Source: an uncultured Gammaproteobacteria bacterium
Lineage (GTDB): Bacteria > Patescibacteriota > Microgenomatia > Levybacterales > GWA1-39-11
Assembly: GCA_964651815.1 (NCBI GenBank)
Contig: CAZYWG010000004.1
Coordinates: 36,977 to 100,976 of the forward strand
Direction: 5' to 3'
DNA length: 64,000 nucleotides
Made by a program: the position numbers and the translations under genes. The notes beneath the pieces were generated by a model. The model was not told the origin of the DNA. It made no database searches and worked only from the letters and a program-made list of their open reading frames with translations. Below are positions 47,335 to 57,127 of the stretch, piece after piece (position 1 is the first letter of the stretch; each line of letters opens with the position of its first letter).

Positions 47335-48045
47335 TTGCTTCTTGATTCATGTATCTTGATTTTATATTCTAATCTTATGGAAGATTCCTCAGACAATTTT
47401 CAGGAAAGGGCAATGGAATTTGCCAGGAAGAATTGGGTAGTTTTAGCTTTATTTTCAGGTGGCGTTGTTCTATTGCTTATTGGTTTGATACAGTTACTTG
47501 GACCAAAGACATCTGCTTCTAATTCTTCTTTTCAGAATGAGGCGGAGGTGGCTGGTGCTGCCAGTGAAAGTTCTAACAGCGCAAAAATAAAAATTGATGT
47601 TGAAGGAGAGGTACAAAACCCCGGAGTTTATAATTTACCTCTAAATGCGCGAGTTCAGGATGCTTTGATTGCGGCAGGAGGTTTATCTCAAGATGCAGAT
47701 AGAATATTAGTTGAGAAGACAATTAATTTGGCGCAGAAATTGATTGATGGCCAGAAAATTTATGTTCCATCAGAACAAGACGCGGGCGGTGGCGCTTCAA
47801 GCGGAGTTGGCGCAAGTTTGGGAACATCCGGCGGTAAAACCGCTTCAGATCTAAGTATAAACGGAGGGCTTGTTTCAATTAATTCCGCAAGTGAACAAGA
47901 CCTAGATAGTCTCCCGGCTGTAGGCCCTGTAACCGCGCAAAAAATAATTGACAACAGGCCTTATAGTCAGCTTGATGACCTAGTTGCCAAGAAGGCGGTG
48001 GGGAAGGCAACATTTGAAAAGATAAAGGATTTGATAAGTTTATAG
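47335..48045 (+). CDS. comEA: competence protein ComEA (SLBB + helix-hairpin-helix DNA-binding domain)
   Basis: An N-terminal TM helix, an SLBB-like segment (IDVEGEVQNPGVYNLPLNARVQDALIAAGG), and a C-terminal HhH (DLDSLPAVGPVTAQKIIDNRPYSQLDDL). Confidence 0.75.
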   Translation: MLLDSCILILYSNLMEDSSDNFQERAMEFARKNWVVLALFSGGVVLLLIGLIQLLGPKTSASNSSFQNEAEVAGAASESSNSAKIKIDVEGEVQNPGVYNLPLNARVQDALIAAGGLSQDADRILVEKTINLAQKLIDGQKIYVPSEQDAGGGASSGVGASLGTSGGKTASDLSINGGLVSINSASEQDLDSLPAVGPVTAQKIIDNRPYSQLDDLVAKKAVGKATFEKIKDLISL

Positions 48046-48080
48046 GTCTAGCTCGCGCTTTCCTATGTTGAAATGCAAAA

Positions 48081-49070
48081 TTGATGAAAAAAATTGTAAC
48101 ATTACTAATTGTTATTCTTGGAGTTCGGTTGATGTTCTTTTATTTAAATTCTCCTATTAAAACTTCCCAAAAAGCTATTCATCCTCAAGCTACCATTTTT
48201 ACCAGTATAAAGCAGAGTATAAAATCAACTTATAGTCAGAATTTAAGTGCACAAAATGCCGGACTTCTGATGGGAATAGTATTCGGAGAAAAAGATATGG
48301 ATAAACAGTCTGTGAAAATATTTCAAAAGACCGGGGTGTTACATATTATTGCCGCCTCAGGCATGAACGTTAGCATGCTAGTGAGTTTTCTGCTGGCATT
48401 TCTACTTATCTTTTTGAGGCGCCAACAAGCACTTGTTGCAACATTTGTGGCAATAATTTTTTACACGGCATTGGCTGATTTTCAGCCATCTATTGTTAGA
48501 GCTGCAATTATGGGCGGTTTCGCTATTGGCGCAGGAATTATTGGGAGACAAAACAGCGCCATATTTACATTGATTATTACAGCTTTTGTTATGATATTTT
48601 GGGATCCTGCCGTTTTAGTCTCGATAAGCTTTATTTTATCCTTTGCCGCAACTGCCGGAATTGTACTTTTTGAACCCATATTTAAAAAGTATTTTAAAAA
48701 CCCGCTCCTCGAAGATTTTAGGACAACGTTTGCCGCGCAAATTGCAACAACGCCTATAATATTATTCTTTTTTGGCACCTATTCACCTATTTCAATTCTG
48801 GTAAATCTTCTTGTTTTGTGGACAGTTCCACCACTAATGTTGTTAGGAGGGATTGCTGCCATGTTTTCTTTCGCGCCAATTCTTTCCAAACCTATCCTTT
48901 TGCTTTGTATGCCACTCTTAACATACTTTATGAACGTCACCGGATTTTTTGCACAAAGCGCACCACAGATTAGTATAAAAGAGACACCGTGGAGTCTGAT
49001 AGGTGGATATTATTTGATATTAATTGCTATATTATTTTATACTTATCGGAGAAAAAGTATAGTAGTTTGA
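48081..49070 (+). CDS. comEC: ComEC/Rec2-family competence channel, short form lacking the C-terminal metallo-beta-lactamase domain
   Basis: Competence-domain signature (NAGLLMGIVFGEKDMDKQSVKIFQKTGVLHIIAASGMNVSML) with multiple TM helices. It is only 329 aa. Confidence 0.7.
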   Translation: MMKKIVTLLIVILGVRLMFFYLNSPIKTSQKAIHPQATIFTSIKQSIKSTYSQNLSAQNAGLLMGIVFGEKDMDKQSVKIFQKTGVLHIIAASGMNVSMLVSFLLAFLLIFLRRQQALVATFVAIIFYTALADFQPSIVRAAIMGGFAIGAGIIGRQNSAIFTLIITAFVMIFWDPAVLVSISFILSFAATAGIVLFEPIFKKYFKNPLLEDFRTTFAAQIATTPIILFFFGTYSPISILVNLLVLWTVPPLMLLGGIAAMFSFAPILSKPILLLCMPLLTYFMNVTGFFAQSAPQISIKETPWSLIGGYYLILIAILFYTYRRKSIVV

Positions 49071-49248
49071 TCCATTTCTAAAAGTTTTTATAATCGTGAG
49101 TTTTCCCGTGAAATTTTTAGGGAAAAATCTGGGCTCAAATTAAAAACCACTTTTTAGTTTTAGTTGCCAAGACAAGCTATTTCTATCTGTTTAAATCTTT
49201 ATCAAATAACAAGCTTTACTGATAACAATTTTTTGGGATTTTTGCATT

Positions 49249-49815
49249 TTAAACCTTCAATTTTGAGGCGCGTTTTGTTCCGGAGTCTGTAATAGTTGGA
49301 TTGTTAGCTTGGACTATTTTGTCAAAATCACTAACAATCCGTTTGAAGCGTGGGGTCAAAGCAGAAGCATTCTGATCTAACGTAGAAAGAACGAGTGGTT
49401 TTTTTGATCCGCTTTTTTCAAATAGAAAAATACCTACATCTCCAAGTTGGGTTTGGGCAAATAACGCGAAAATCGAACCTTTAGTTAATGTAATAGGTAT
49501 TTCTGATATTGGAATTGGTACATCATATTCGAGTTTTACGTCAAATTCATATTCCTGATAGTGTTCATAAACATTTCCATCGGGCTGCAATGCAACAATT
49601 CCCCAACCGCCGCTACCTTCTCTAACTTGGTTACCTAAAATTGTGTCAGATTCTACTCTGTATATATCGCTTCTAGCTCCAGCGTCACCAATGAAGTATT
49701 TTCCAGGCCTAAAAACAGTTTCAGAATCAAGGGCACGCGCCGGTACAACTAAGAATTGGGGATTATATTGTTTTTGTGCCTCTGACTCTGACAGAAGGGC
49801 AGTTTCAACAGGCAT
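49249..49815 (-). CDS. hypothetical protein
   Basis: An intact 188-aa ORF. No motif recognised. Confidence 0.35.
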   Translation of the reverse strand: MPVETALLSESEAQKQYNPQFLVVPARALDSETVFRPGKYFIGDAGARSDIYRVESDTILGNQVREGSGGWGIVALQPDGNVYEHYQEYEFDVKLEYDVPIPISEIPITLTKGSIFALFAQTQLGDVGIFLFEKSGSKKPLVLSTLDQNASALTPRFKRIVSDFDKIVQANNPTITDSGTKRASKLKV

Positions 49816-49884
49816 GTAGAGTGTATTATTGCATTTGAAACCTCTGAGAATTGAAAGAGATTTGAAAGAAAATGAAAAGAATAC

Positions 49885-50136
49885 TTACTGCGCGTTTGAT
49901 CCAGGAGGTTTAGGTTTCCCGGGTCTTGCTTTAAGTGGTGGTTGACGAGTAGGTTCTTGAGAGCGTGGGGTTTTATTGGGAAAACGGATTTGAAACTCCT
50001 TTAAGGTTTTTAGATACGCCTGTACATTAGGATCGTCAGGTGAATCGCCTATATCCTCAAAATTTATATTAGTCTCGGGTTTTGAAGAGCGGAAGACAGG
50101 CTTTTTATGATGAGGACTTTTATCTTCCTCTTTCAT
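49885..50136 (-). CDS. small Pro/Lys-rich hypothetical protein
   Basis: An 83-aa ORF in-line with the upstream gene. It has low complexity. Confidence 0.3.
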   Translation of the reverse strand: MKEEDKSPHHKKPVFRSSKPETNINFEDIGDSPDDPNVQAYLKTLKEFQIRFPNKTPRSQEPTRQPPLKARPGKPKPPGSNAQ

Positions 50137-50278
50137 AAGTTGGATTATAATACTTTTAAAAATAAATTCCAGACTTTCTAAAAAAAAGAGCTTTAAGCAT
50201 TTGCCACTTGAATTGAATGCTATGCTGTGATAGCCTTGAATTAGGAATTAGTTTTTTTCTAATCTAGTAGTTTTTTTT

Positions 50279-50647
50279 ATGAAGACAGTACTCATTGTTG
50301 ATGATGAACCCCAAGCAGTAGGCGTTTTCCAAACCGCATTGTCGTCCTCCGGATACACGGCTCTTGTTGCAAACAGCGGAAAAAAAGCCCTAGAAACCAT
50401 AAAAGAGCAGAAGATTGATGCCATACTGTTGGATGAGATGATGCCTGATATGTCAGGAAATGATCTAATAAAAACATTAAAACAGGATAAAATGTATGAG
50501 AATATACCAATTATAATACTCACCAATTTTGGAAATGAAGAGCTTGTAAAAGAGGCAATAAGTGCCGGTGCGCGAGACTACATTTTGAAATATCAAATTT
50601 CTCCACTTGATCTGGCTGCAAAGATCAAGAGTTTGACGGGAGAGTAG
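50279..50647 (+). CDS. stand-alone response-regulator receiver (REC) domain protein
   Basis: VLIVDDEP...DAILLDEMMPDMSGNDL...ILTNFG. The conserved Asp pocket is present. There is no output domain. Confidence 0.8.
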   Translation: MKTVLIVDDEPQAVGVFQTALSSSGYTALVANSGKKALETIKEQKIDAILLDEMMPDMSGNDLIKTLKQDKMYENIPIIILTNFGNEELVKEAISAGARDYILKYQISPLDLAAKIKSLTGE

Positions 50648-50687
50648 AGATTGACAACTGACAATTGACAGTTAACAATTTGACTAT

Positions 50688-51056
50688 ATGAAGAGCATAC
50701 TAATTATTGATGACGATAAACAGGTTGCAACAGTTTTTCAGGTTGCGCTGACTTCTAGTGGTTTTAAAGTCATGACCGCGCCTGATGGCAAAACAGGAAT
50801 TAATATAGTTAAGCAACAGCCGTTTGATCTTGTACTTCTTGATGAAATGATGCCCGATATGTCCGGAAATGAAGTTCTAAGGACTTTAAAAGAGGATGAT
50901 GCAACAAAAGCAGTACCGGTTGTGATGCTTTCAAATTTTGGAAACAATGATATGGTAAAAGAGGCGCTTGATACAGGAGCTCTTGATTATATTCTGAAGT
51001 ACCAAGTTTCCCCCACAGATCTCCCCGTAAAGATAAAGGAAATAATAGGCGAGTAG
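50688..51056 (+). CDS. stand-alone REC domain protein, paralog of the upstream gene
   Basis: ILIIDDD...DLVLLDEMMPDMSGNEV...MLSNFG. It has the same 122-aa length as the upstream gene. Confidence 0.8.
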   Translation: MKSILIIDDDKQVATVFQVALTSSGFKVMTAPDGKTGINIVKQQPFDLVLLDEMMPDMSGNEVLRTLKEDDATKAVPVVMLSNFGNNDMVKEALDTGALDYILKYQVSPTDLPVKIKEIIGE

Positions 51057-51216
51057 AGTGAGCCAAGGAATAATTTTCAATTTTAAGTTTAAAATTTGAA
51101 ATCAATATTAAATATTTTAAGAATTAAATTTTAAAAATTCATTAAAAATTAAAAATTTCGAATTGAAAATTTATCTCCATCTTGCTTCTTGTCCCCCTAT
51201 TAGATATGCTTAATTC

Positions 51217-52428
51217 ATGGTTGCAATTTTTCTAACGCTAACTACCTTCTTTTTTGCCTCAATTGCAATTTATCTTTCGTATGCTGATGCAAGAAAAGAG
51301 AGGAAGATGCTTATACAAGAAGGAGAAATTGAGTCTCTTAACAAGACACTCCGGCTTGAAGAATCAAAGCTAGAATCTTTAATTTTAAGCCTCCCAGTGG
51401 GAACCATTCTTTTTACACAAAAAGATGATTTGCTCCAAGCATTTGTAGTCAACCAAGCTGCACGAGACTACTTAAGGCTAGTGAATGAGATAGGCGCAAG
51501 TGAGATATTGAATGTTTTTGATAAATCAATAAATATAGAAGATGTTATAAAAAGTGTTTTTACAACAACGCATGGGGTTTATATTCCGGATACAAAGATT
51601 TTTGACCGTGATTTCAAGCTGTTTGTAAACCCCGTTTTTGTTCAGGGAGCGCATGATCTAATTGGTGTTGCACTCATTATTCATGAAACAACGGCCGACA
51701 AAAAGCTTGAGAAGGTAAGAATGGATTTTACTGATATGATGATTCACGAACTTAGAGCCCCAACAACGGCAATTCGCGGTGCTGCAGCACTTCTTTTGTC
51801 AAACGCTCTTGGACCGGAAGAAAAAGAAAAAATGCCCCGCCTAATTTTAGATAGTGCAAATGATATGCTTGCAACTGTCTCTGATTTTCTTGATATGTCT
51901 AGAATTGATGAGGGTAAATTTAAGTTAAATACTGCGAAATCAGACCTCGTTAAAATCATTTCCGACCATGTTGATGTCTTTTGCTATGCCGCGCGGGAGA
52001 AAAATATAAACATCAATTTTGATAAAAACACCAAAATTACTCAATTTTTCTTTGACCCAATCAGAATTGGGCAAGTCATAAATAATCTTTTATCAAACAG
52101 TATCAAATTTACTGATCAGGGCGGAAAAATAGATATAAAGGTGGAGGAAAAAGATGGAAATGTGGTAATTGAAGTAGATGATACAGGAATTGGCATACCG
52201 GAAACCAAAAAACCTATGCTCTTCAAGAAATTCGGGCAAATTAACCAGCGCTTAGGCCAGGGAGCCTCCTCTGGTCTTGGTCTTTATATTTCAAAAGAGA
52301 TAGTTGAAGCGCATAACGGCAAAATTTGGCTTGAATCGGAAGAGAGTAAAGGTACAAAAGCATATTTCTCCTTACCAATAGTTACAGAAGAAAAACCTGC
52401 TGTGCCGGTTGCTTCGCTTTCGAATTAA
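51217..52428 (+). CDS. sensor histidine kinase (HisKA + HATPase_c)
   Basis: N-terminal TM helix. H-box MMIHELRAPTTAI. N/G boxes NLLSNSIKFT, DDTGIGIP, GLGLYISKEIVEAHNGKIW. Confidence 0.8.
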   Translation: MVAIFLTLTTFFFASIAIYLSYADARKERKMLIQEGEIESLNKTLRLEESKLESLILSLPVGTILFTQKDDLLQAFVVNQAARDYLRLVNEIGASEILNVFDKSINIEDVIKSVFTTTHGVYIPDTKIFDRDFKLFVNPVFVQGAHDLIGVALIIHETTADKKLEKVRMDFTDMMIHELRAPTTAIRGAAALLLSNALGPEEKEKMPRLILDSANDMLATVSDFLDMSRIDEGKFKLNTAKSDLVKIISDHVDVFCYAAREKNININFDKNTKITQFFFDPIRIGQVINNLLSNSIKFTDQGGKIDIKVEEKDGNVVIEVDDTGIGIPETKKPMLFKKFGQINQRLGQGASSGLGLYISKEIVEAHNGKIWLESEESKGTKAYFSLPIVTEEKPAVPVASLSN

Positions 52429-52437
52429 GATTAGCTT

Positions 52438-53340
52438 ATGGTCTACAGTCAAGAGACTTCAGCAAGGATTATCATTTTCTCTTTCGGATTCTTCGCATTA
52501 TTATTCTTTTCCGTTACTTTCTCGACTAAAACCTACGCTGCAGCGAATTACGTTAGCGTTGGTGCACAAGTTCCAGGACCTGTAGCAACTATCTCGGGTA
52601 TTGCTTCGCCAAATGCTTTTATAACAGCTTCATCTAGCGCGCAAGTTTTAGGATCAACCAGCTCCGATTCTCAAAGTAATTTCTCTTTTGTAAGTTTAGG
52701 ACTTTTTAATGGGATAAAAGAGTTATGTTTTGACATGACTGACTTTAAAAAGCTTGGAAATTCACTTTCATGTCTTACTTTTGCCCCACTTTACGTAAAC
52801 AAAGAGTTTCAAAACGTATTTTTACCACCAACTATTGGTCTTTCCGCAAATAAGATTACTACCGGTGGGAGTGTAACAATTCAAGGATATAGCATAGCGC
52901 TTGCCGCAATAGAAATAAGAGTAAGAGGTTCTAAAAATTTTGCTTTAAGTGCTGATAAATCAGGCCTTTATAGTTACAGCTATCAAAATGTACCGGCCGG
53001 GACTTACCATATATCAGCTGCCGCAATTTACAAAAAGCAAAAATCACTTGAGCCTAAAAATGAAGTTGAACTTATTGTGTCATCAAGCGCGGTAGGTACA
53101 ACCCGCGAAGCAGGTAAAGTTAAGACATATTTAAGCCCGTGGCTAATATTTTTTATATTTTTAATTGTACTTATTCCTGCTCTTGGATTTTTGGGAGTCA
53201 GGACTGAGCAGGGAAAGGTCCTTTGGTATAAGTTTTTAAACACAAAAATTGGGATGAAAATAAGAGGTTTTATGAGTAAGATTCGTGGCGCAATGCAAAG
53301 GAAGAAAGAAAAGAAGGTTATAAAAGTTAATGGTGAATAG
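52438..53340 (+). CDS. secreted protein with a C-terminal TM anchor (hypothetical)
   Basis: A signal-anchor-like N-terminus and a C-terminal hydrophobic helix followed by a basic tail. Confidence 0.4.
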   Translation: MVYSQETSARIIIFSFGFFALLFFSVTFSTKTYAAANYVSVGAQVPGPVATISGIASPNAFITASSSAQVLGSTSSDSQSNFSFVSLGLFNGIKELCFDMTDFKKLGNSLSCLTFAPLYVNKEFQNVFLPPTIGLSANKITTGGSVTIQGYSIALAAIEIRVRGSKNFALSADKSGLYSYSYQNVPAGTYHISAAAIYKKQKSLEPKNEVELIVSSSAVGTTREAGKVKTYLSPWLIFFIFLIVLIPALGFLGVRTEQGKVLWYKFLNTKIGMKIRGFMSKIRGAMQRKKEKKVIKVNGE

Positions 53341-53423
53341 TTAATAGTTTAATTCTCAATGCTTTCGATCTCCTATTACCTAATCTCTATTTCGATTAAA
53401 TCGTGGTTAACTATTTACCCTCC

Positions 53424-54647
53424 TTACTGCAGGCTGATGCGGTAAAGATTATATGGTACGTCGCTTGATAAACGGAAGACAAACGCAATACTTGATCCAT
53501 CCGGCCATGGGAAAACAAGAGAATCAACAAATGGTGCGTCAAATACTGTTGTTTTGTTGCCGCCGTCGTATTCCATGATTTCAATCTTTGAACCTTGTGC
53601 AAAAATGACATGTTTTGAATCTGAGTGCCATAAAAAATTAGGCGCTTCTTTTGGAGAGTTTTTTAGTCCCGTTATATCAAAGATGAGGTAATTTTTATCC
53701 TCCTTTATATCATAAATGTAAACGTTTCCTTGTTTTAGCTCTCGATTATCCGGTGTGGAGTTGAGGGATGGTACTTTTTGCTTTAAGACATACGGGAGAG
53801 TTGCTGAAACACTTGCAGTATATAAAACTTTGTCCCCTAGAGGCGATGGTGACATATTTCCAAAGTAAGCTGTGGCAACAGGACGGAGATTTCTAGGTAG
53901 TGAATCATTAAGTTTCTTGTTTATAGCCATTTTTTCCTGGTCAAAAGTGCGCTCCGTAGCCTCTATTATATTAGTAATATCCTGAGCGTTTTGATCCTGT
54001 GCCTGGGCGTTAAGAAGATATGTAGCATTTGGAAGTTTTGCCAAAACTTGCTTGCTGTCAGGGCTAAAGCTGATGTCAGCTCCTGAGAAATTATCCAAAA
54101 CATCGCTTACTATTTGTGTGCCACCAGTACCTAAGAATACAAATGGACCTGCATTCATATTCATAACATAAATCCCATTTTGTGTTGCCGAGGTAGAAGC
54201 AACGGTGTAGGCAAGATAAGTGTGGGTTGGGTCCATAATAACAGACTTTACGCCAATGGTTGTTATCCCCTCAAGTTTTGGAGCGCTAGGTAAAAGAAGG
54301 GCATCAGCCTCTGAAACAAGACCGTTTTTAATGGTTATTTTTTTATGCCAGTCTATGTAGCCGTCTTTTTGGATAGTAACCTCATATTCTCCGGGGGAAA
54401 GATTAATAGTGTTATTTGTTGCGGTGGTTAAATGACTATTTATCAGGACTCGCGCGCCGTCCGGGCGAGAAGTCGCAACAAAAAGCCCTGTCCCTTCAAT
54501 AAACTTACCTCCAGTATTGCCGCTAAAATCAAATCTATAGCCGCGTGCAAAAAGGATGGCAACAATTGTGCCTATCACAATAAACGCACCAATAAATATT
54601 CCGGAGATTAGTATTCGTTTCATGGAGCTGATTCTATTATAGTTCAA
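53424..54647 (-). CDS. membrane-anchored PEGA-domain / beta-propeller (TolB-like) protein
   Basis: N-terminal TM helix. PEGA-like segment LFVATSRPDGARVLINSHLTTATNNTINLSPGEYEVTIQKDGY. Propeller-like repeats (FSPDSKQV..., LWHSDSKHVIF...). Confidence 0.55.
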   Translation of the reverse strand: MNYNRISSMKRILISGIFIGAFIVIGTIVAILFARGYRFDFSGNTGGKFIEGTGLFVATSRPDGARVLINSHLTTATNNTINLSPGEYEVTIQKDGYIDWHKKITIKNGLVSEADALLLPSAPKLEGITTIGVKSVIMDPTHTYLAYTVASTSATQNGIYVMNMNAGPFVFLGTGGTQIVSDVLDNFSGADISFSPDSKQVLAKLPNATYLLNAQAQDQNAQDITNIIEATERTFDQEKMAINKKLNDSLPRNLRPVATAYFGNMSPSPLGDKVLYTASVSATLPYVLKQKVPSLNSTPDNRELKQGNVYIYDIKEDKNYLIFDITGLKNSPKEAPNFLWHSDSKHVIFAQGSKIEIMEYDGGNKTTVFDAPFVDSLVFPWPDGSSIAFVFRLSSDVPYNLYRISLQ

Positions 54648-54689
54648 ATCGGCTTTATTGCAAGGAAACGTGGGGGTTGCTAGTCTTAC

Positions 54690-55544
54690 CTATTTAGCAA
54701 TCACACTGATTGAGCTTTGGGAAGAGTTGCCCGCCGCATCATATGCCTTTGCTGATATAACATATGTTTTATTTTTGGGATTCGGCACTTTCCAGGCACA
54801 ACTATATGGTGAAGAAGGATCTGCGCACGTAAGTATATTGTTAATATAAAACTCAACTTTTGTTACTCCTACGTTGTCAGTTGCCGTTGCGGCAATGTTT
54901 ACAGTACTTTTAGGCGTTACCGCTACACCCACAACTGGGAATACTATAGTAACAGTAGGTGATGTACGGTCAACCGGAATTGGAGTGGGAGTCGGTGTTG
55001 ACGTTGGGGTGGGGGTAAGCGTTGGAGTGGGAGTCGGTGCGGGAGTGGATGTGGGAGTTGGAGTAGGCGCGATTCCCGTGAGCGTCACAAAAACCGGAAT
55101 TGAGGACGTAAAATTTTGTGATGAAGTCCTGGCTGTTACAAAAATATCTCCACTGCCCAAGGCCAAAGGATAAAATGAAGCAATTGAGCCTTGCCCCACA
55201 ATGCTTCCAACGCCGCCAACAGAGCTTATTCCCCATTCATAAGTCACTCCAGAATATATAGGATTATTACTTGAGTCATATGCCAAGACAGACAGATTGA
55301 CCTGTTTTGTAGTTGGTTTAGTTGCAAAACCGGAAGGATTGAAGTCAAGACGCGCAATAGTAGAATCAGATGCTCTTATTTGCACAGTTTGGTGGCTTTT
55401 ATAACTGTTAGGCAAAAGAAATACTAGTGCCGCCACCAGGAAAAAGAATACCAGAGTCACTCCAATAATTGGAAAATCCTGCCTGGAATAAGGGGGGTTG
55501 ATGGTTTTTCTATAATGAGCAATTAAGTCGTTAGTTTTTTTCAC
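54690..55544 (-). CDS. membrane-anchored surface protein with a Pro-Thr linker and C-terminal Ig-like domain
   Basis: One TM helix. A (TPTP)n linker precedes a C-terminal beta-rich domain (TVNIAATATDNVGVTKVEFYIN). Confidence 0.45.
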   Translation of the reverse strand: MKKTNDLIAHYRKTINPPYSRQDFPIIGVTLVFFFLVAALVFLLPNSYKSHQTVQIRASDSTIARLDFNPSGFATKPTTKQVNLSVLAYDSSNNPIYSGVTYEWGISSVGGVGSIVGQGSIASFYPLALGSGDIFVTARTSSQNFTSSIPVFVTLTGIAPTPTPTSTPAPTPTPTLTPTPTSTPTPTPIPVDRTSPTVTIVFPVVGVAVTPKSTVNIAATATDNVGVTKVEFYINNILTCADPSSPYSCAWKVPNPKNKTYVISAKAYDAAGNSSQSSISVIAK

Positions 55545-55831
55545 GAGAACTTATATATTATTGTGCCCATATCTCATACCAATTGTCAATGAGAGGTATT
55601 TTATTCTTTTGACATATTGAATCTTTTTTACATGCGTGCTATAAAAAACATATCCCTGCCATACTGGCAATGGGTTCGTTTTGGTGAAAAATGATAGGGA
55701 AAAGATAGGGTTTGAATACTTCTAGCAAAACCCGATTGGCTAAAGGGTACGTAGCCAGACTCAAGCTTTAAAATTTAAAAGATCAAAAATTGAATGAATA
55801 TTACAAATTTCAAGTTAAAAATTAGTTAAGT

Positions 55832-56842
55832 ATGTTCGGAAACAAACGCGTTGGAATTGATCTAGGCACAGCAAATATTCTAGTTTACTTGGCGGGCGAG
55901 GGTGTGGTTTTAAATGAACCAACAGTTGTTGCAGTCCGTGCCGATGATAACAAAGTTGTTGCCGTTGGAGTAGAGGCAAAAGAGATGCTTGGTAGGACTC
56001 CGGGAAATATTGTCGCTACGCGTCCCCTCAAAGACGGAGTAATTGCCGATTACGTCATAACTCAATCCATGCTCTCATATTTTATAGATAAAGTCTGCGG
56101 GCGTTCAAGGTTTGCAAAGCCCGAGGTTATGGTTTGTATACCGTCAGGTGTTACCCAAGTTGAAAAACGTGCAGTTTTAGACGCTACGGCTGCAGCTGGG
56201 GCAGGGAACGTTTACTTGATAGAAGAGCCGCTTGCGGCAGCAATTGGTGCAAAAATCCCCATTGCGCAGGCCGCAGGGCATATGATTCTTGATAGCGGCG
56301 GTGGAACAACAGATATAGCGGTTATTTCACTCGGTGGAGTAGTAGTGCATAAGTCAATTAGGGTTGCAGGAAATAAAACTGAAGAAGCCATTGCCAACTA
56401 TATTCGGAAGCGTTTTAATCTGCTTGTTGGGGAGCGTTCCGCAGAAGATATAAAAATGAAGATGGCAAACGCTATTGTAGATAAAGCGGACATCCAGACC
56501 ATGGAAGTAAAAGGAAGAGACAGTGTGACCGGGCTACCGAGGGCGATAGTGATATCTGAAGTTGAAGTAAACGAAGCTATACAGCCAATTCTTAAAGCTA
56601 TGATTTCTGCAATTAAGGAAGTATTTGAAATAACACCTCCAGAACTTGCCTCTGATATTATCGAGAAGGGGATAGTACTATCGGGTGGTACATCACTCCT
56701 TAAAAATCTTGATAATTACATAGCTCGTGAGACCGGCGTTCCGGCCTATGTTGCTGAAGATCCACTTTATTGCGTTGTTAGAGGAGTGGGAGTTGCCCTA
56801 GAGAATTTGGAGTTGTATAAGAGAAGCATTAATAAGGACTAA
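55832..56842 (+). CDS. mreB: rod-shape-determining actin homolog MreB
   Basis: GIDLGTANILVY... and LDSGGGTTDIAVISLGG. The length (336 aa) is typical. Confidence 0.9.
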   Translation: MFGNKRVGIDLGTANILVYLAGEGVVLNEPTVVAVRADDNKVVAVGVEAKEMLGRTPGNIVATRPLKDGVIADYVITQSMLSYFIDKVCGRSRFAKPEVMVCIPSGVTQVEKRAVLDATAAAGAGNVYLIEEPLAAAIGAKIPIAQAAGHMILDSGGGTTDIAVISLGGVVVHKSIRVAGNKTEEAIANYIRKRFNLLVGERSAEDIKMKMANAIVDKADIQTMEVKGRDSVTGLPRAIVISEVEVNEAIQPILKAMISAIKEVFEITPPELASDIIEKGIVLSGGTSLLKNLDNYIARETGVPAYVAEDPLYCVVRGVGVALENLELYKRSINKD

Positions 56843-57127
56843 AGTTCGAATCACGAATAAAGATTTAGAAATTATGAATGTGAACTGATAGCTTATAGTT
56901 TAAACTCGAATATAAATAAGCGTACGAGATTTTTCAATTAAAAAAGCCTTGTTTTAAATAACTAGAATCTTATATTATGATGAATTATGAATACAAAATA
57001 ATAAATCATGAATGATAGATTACCCCAGGTTTTAACCTCGAATTCAGTGAATAAAAAAAATACACGCAAACTAAAAATCTAACAATTAATAAATTGATAT
57101 AATTTAGACTTGTAGTATAATATTCCC

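Noticed and set aside
54874-55173. Plus-strand ORF encoding VGVGVDVGVGVS repeats, and a similar ORF at 61429-61911.
   Set aside because: They are antisense translations of the (PTPT)n linker regions of the minus-strand surface proteins.
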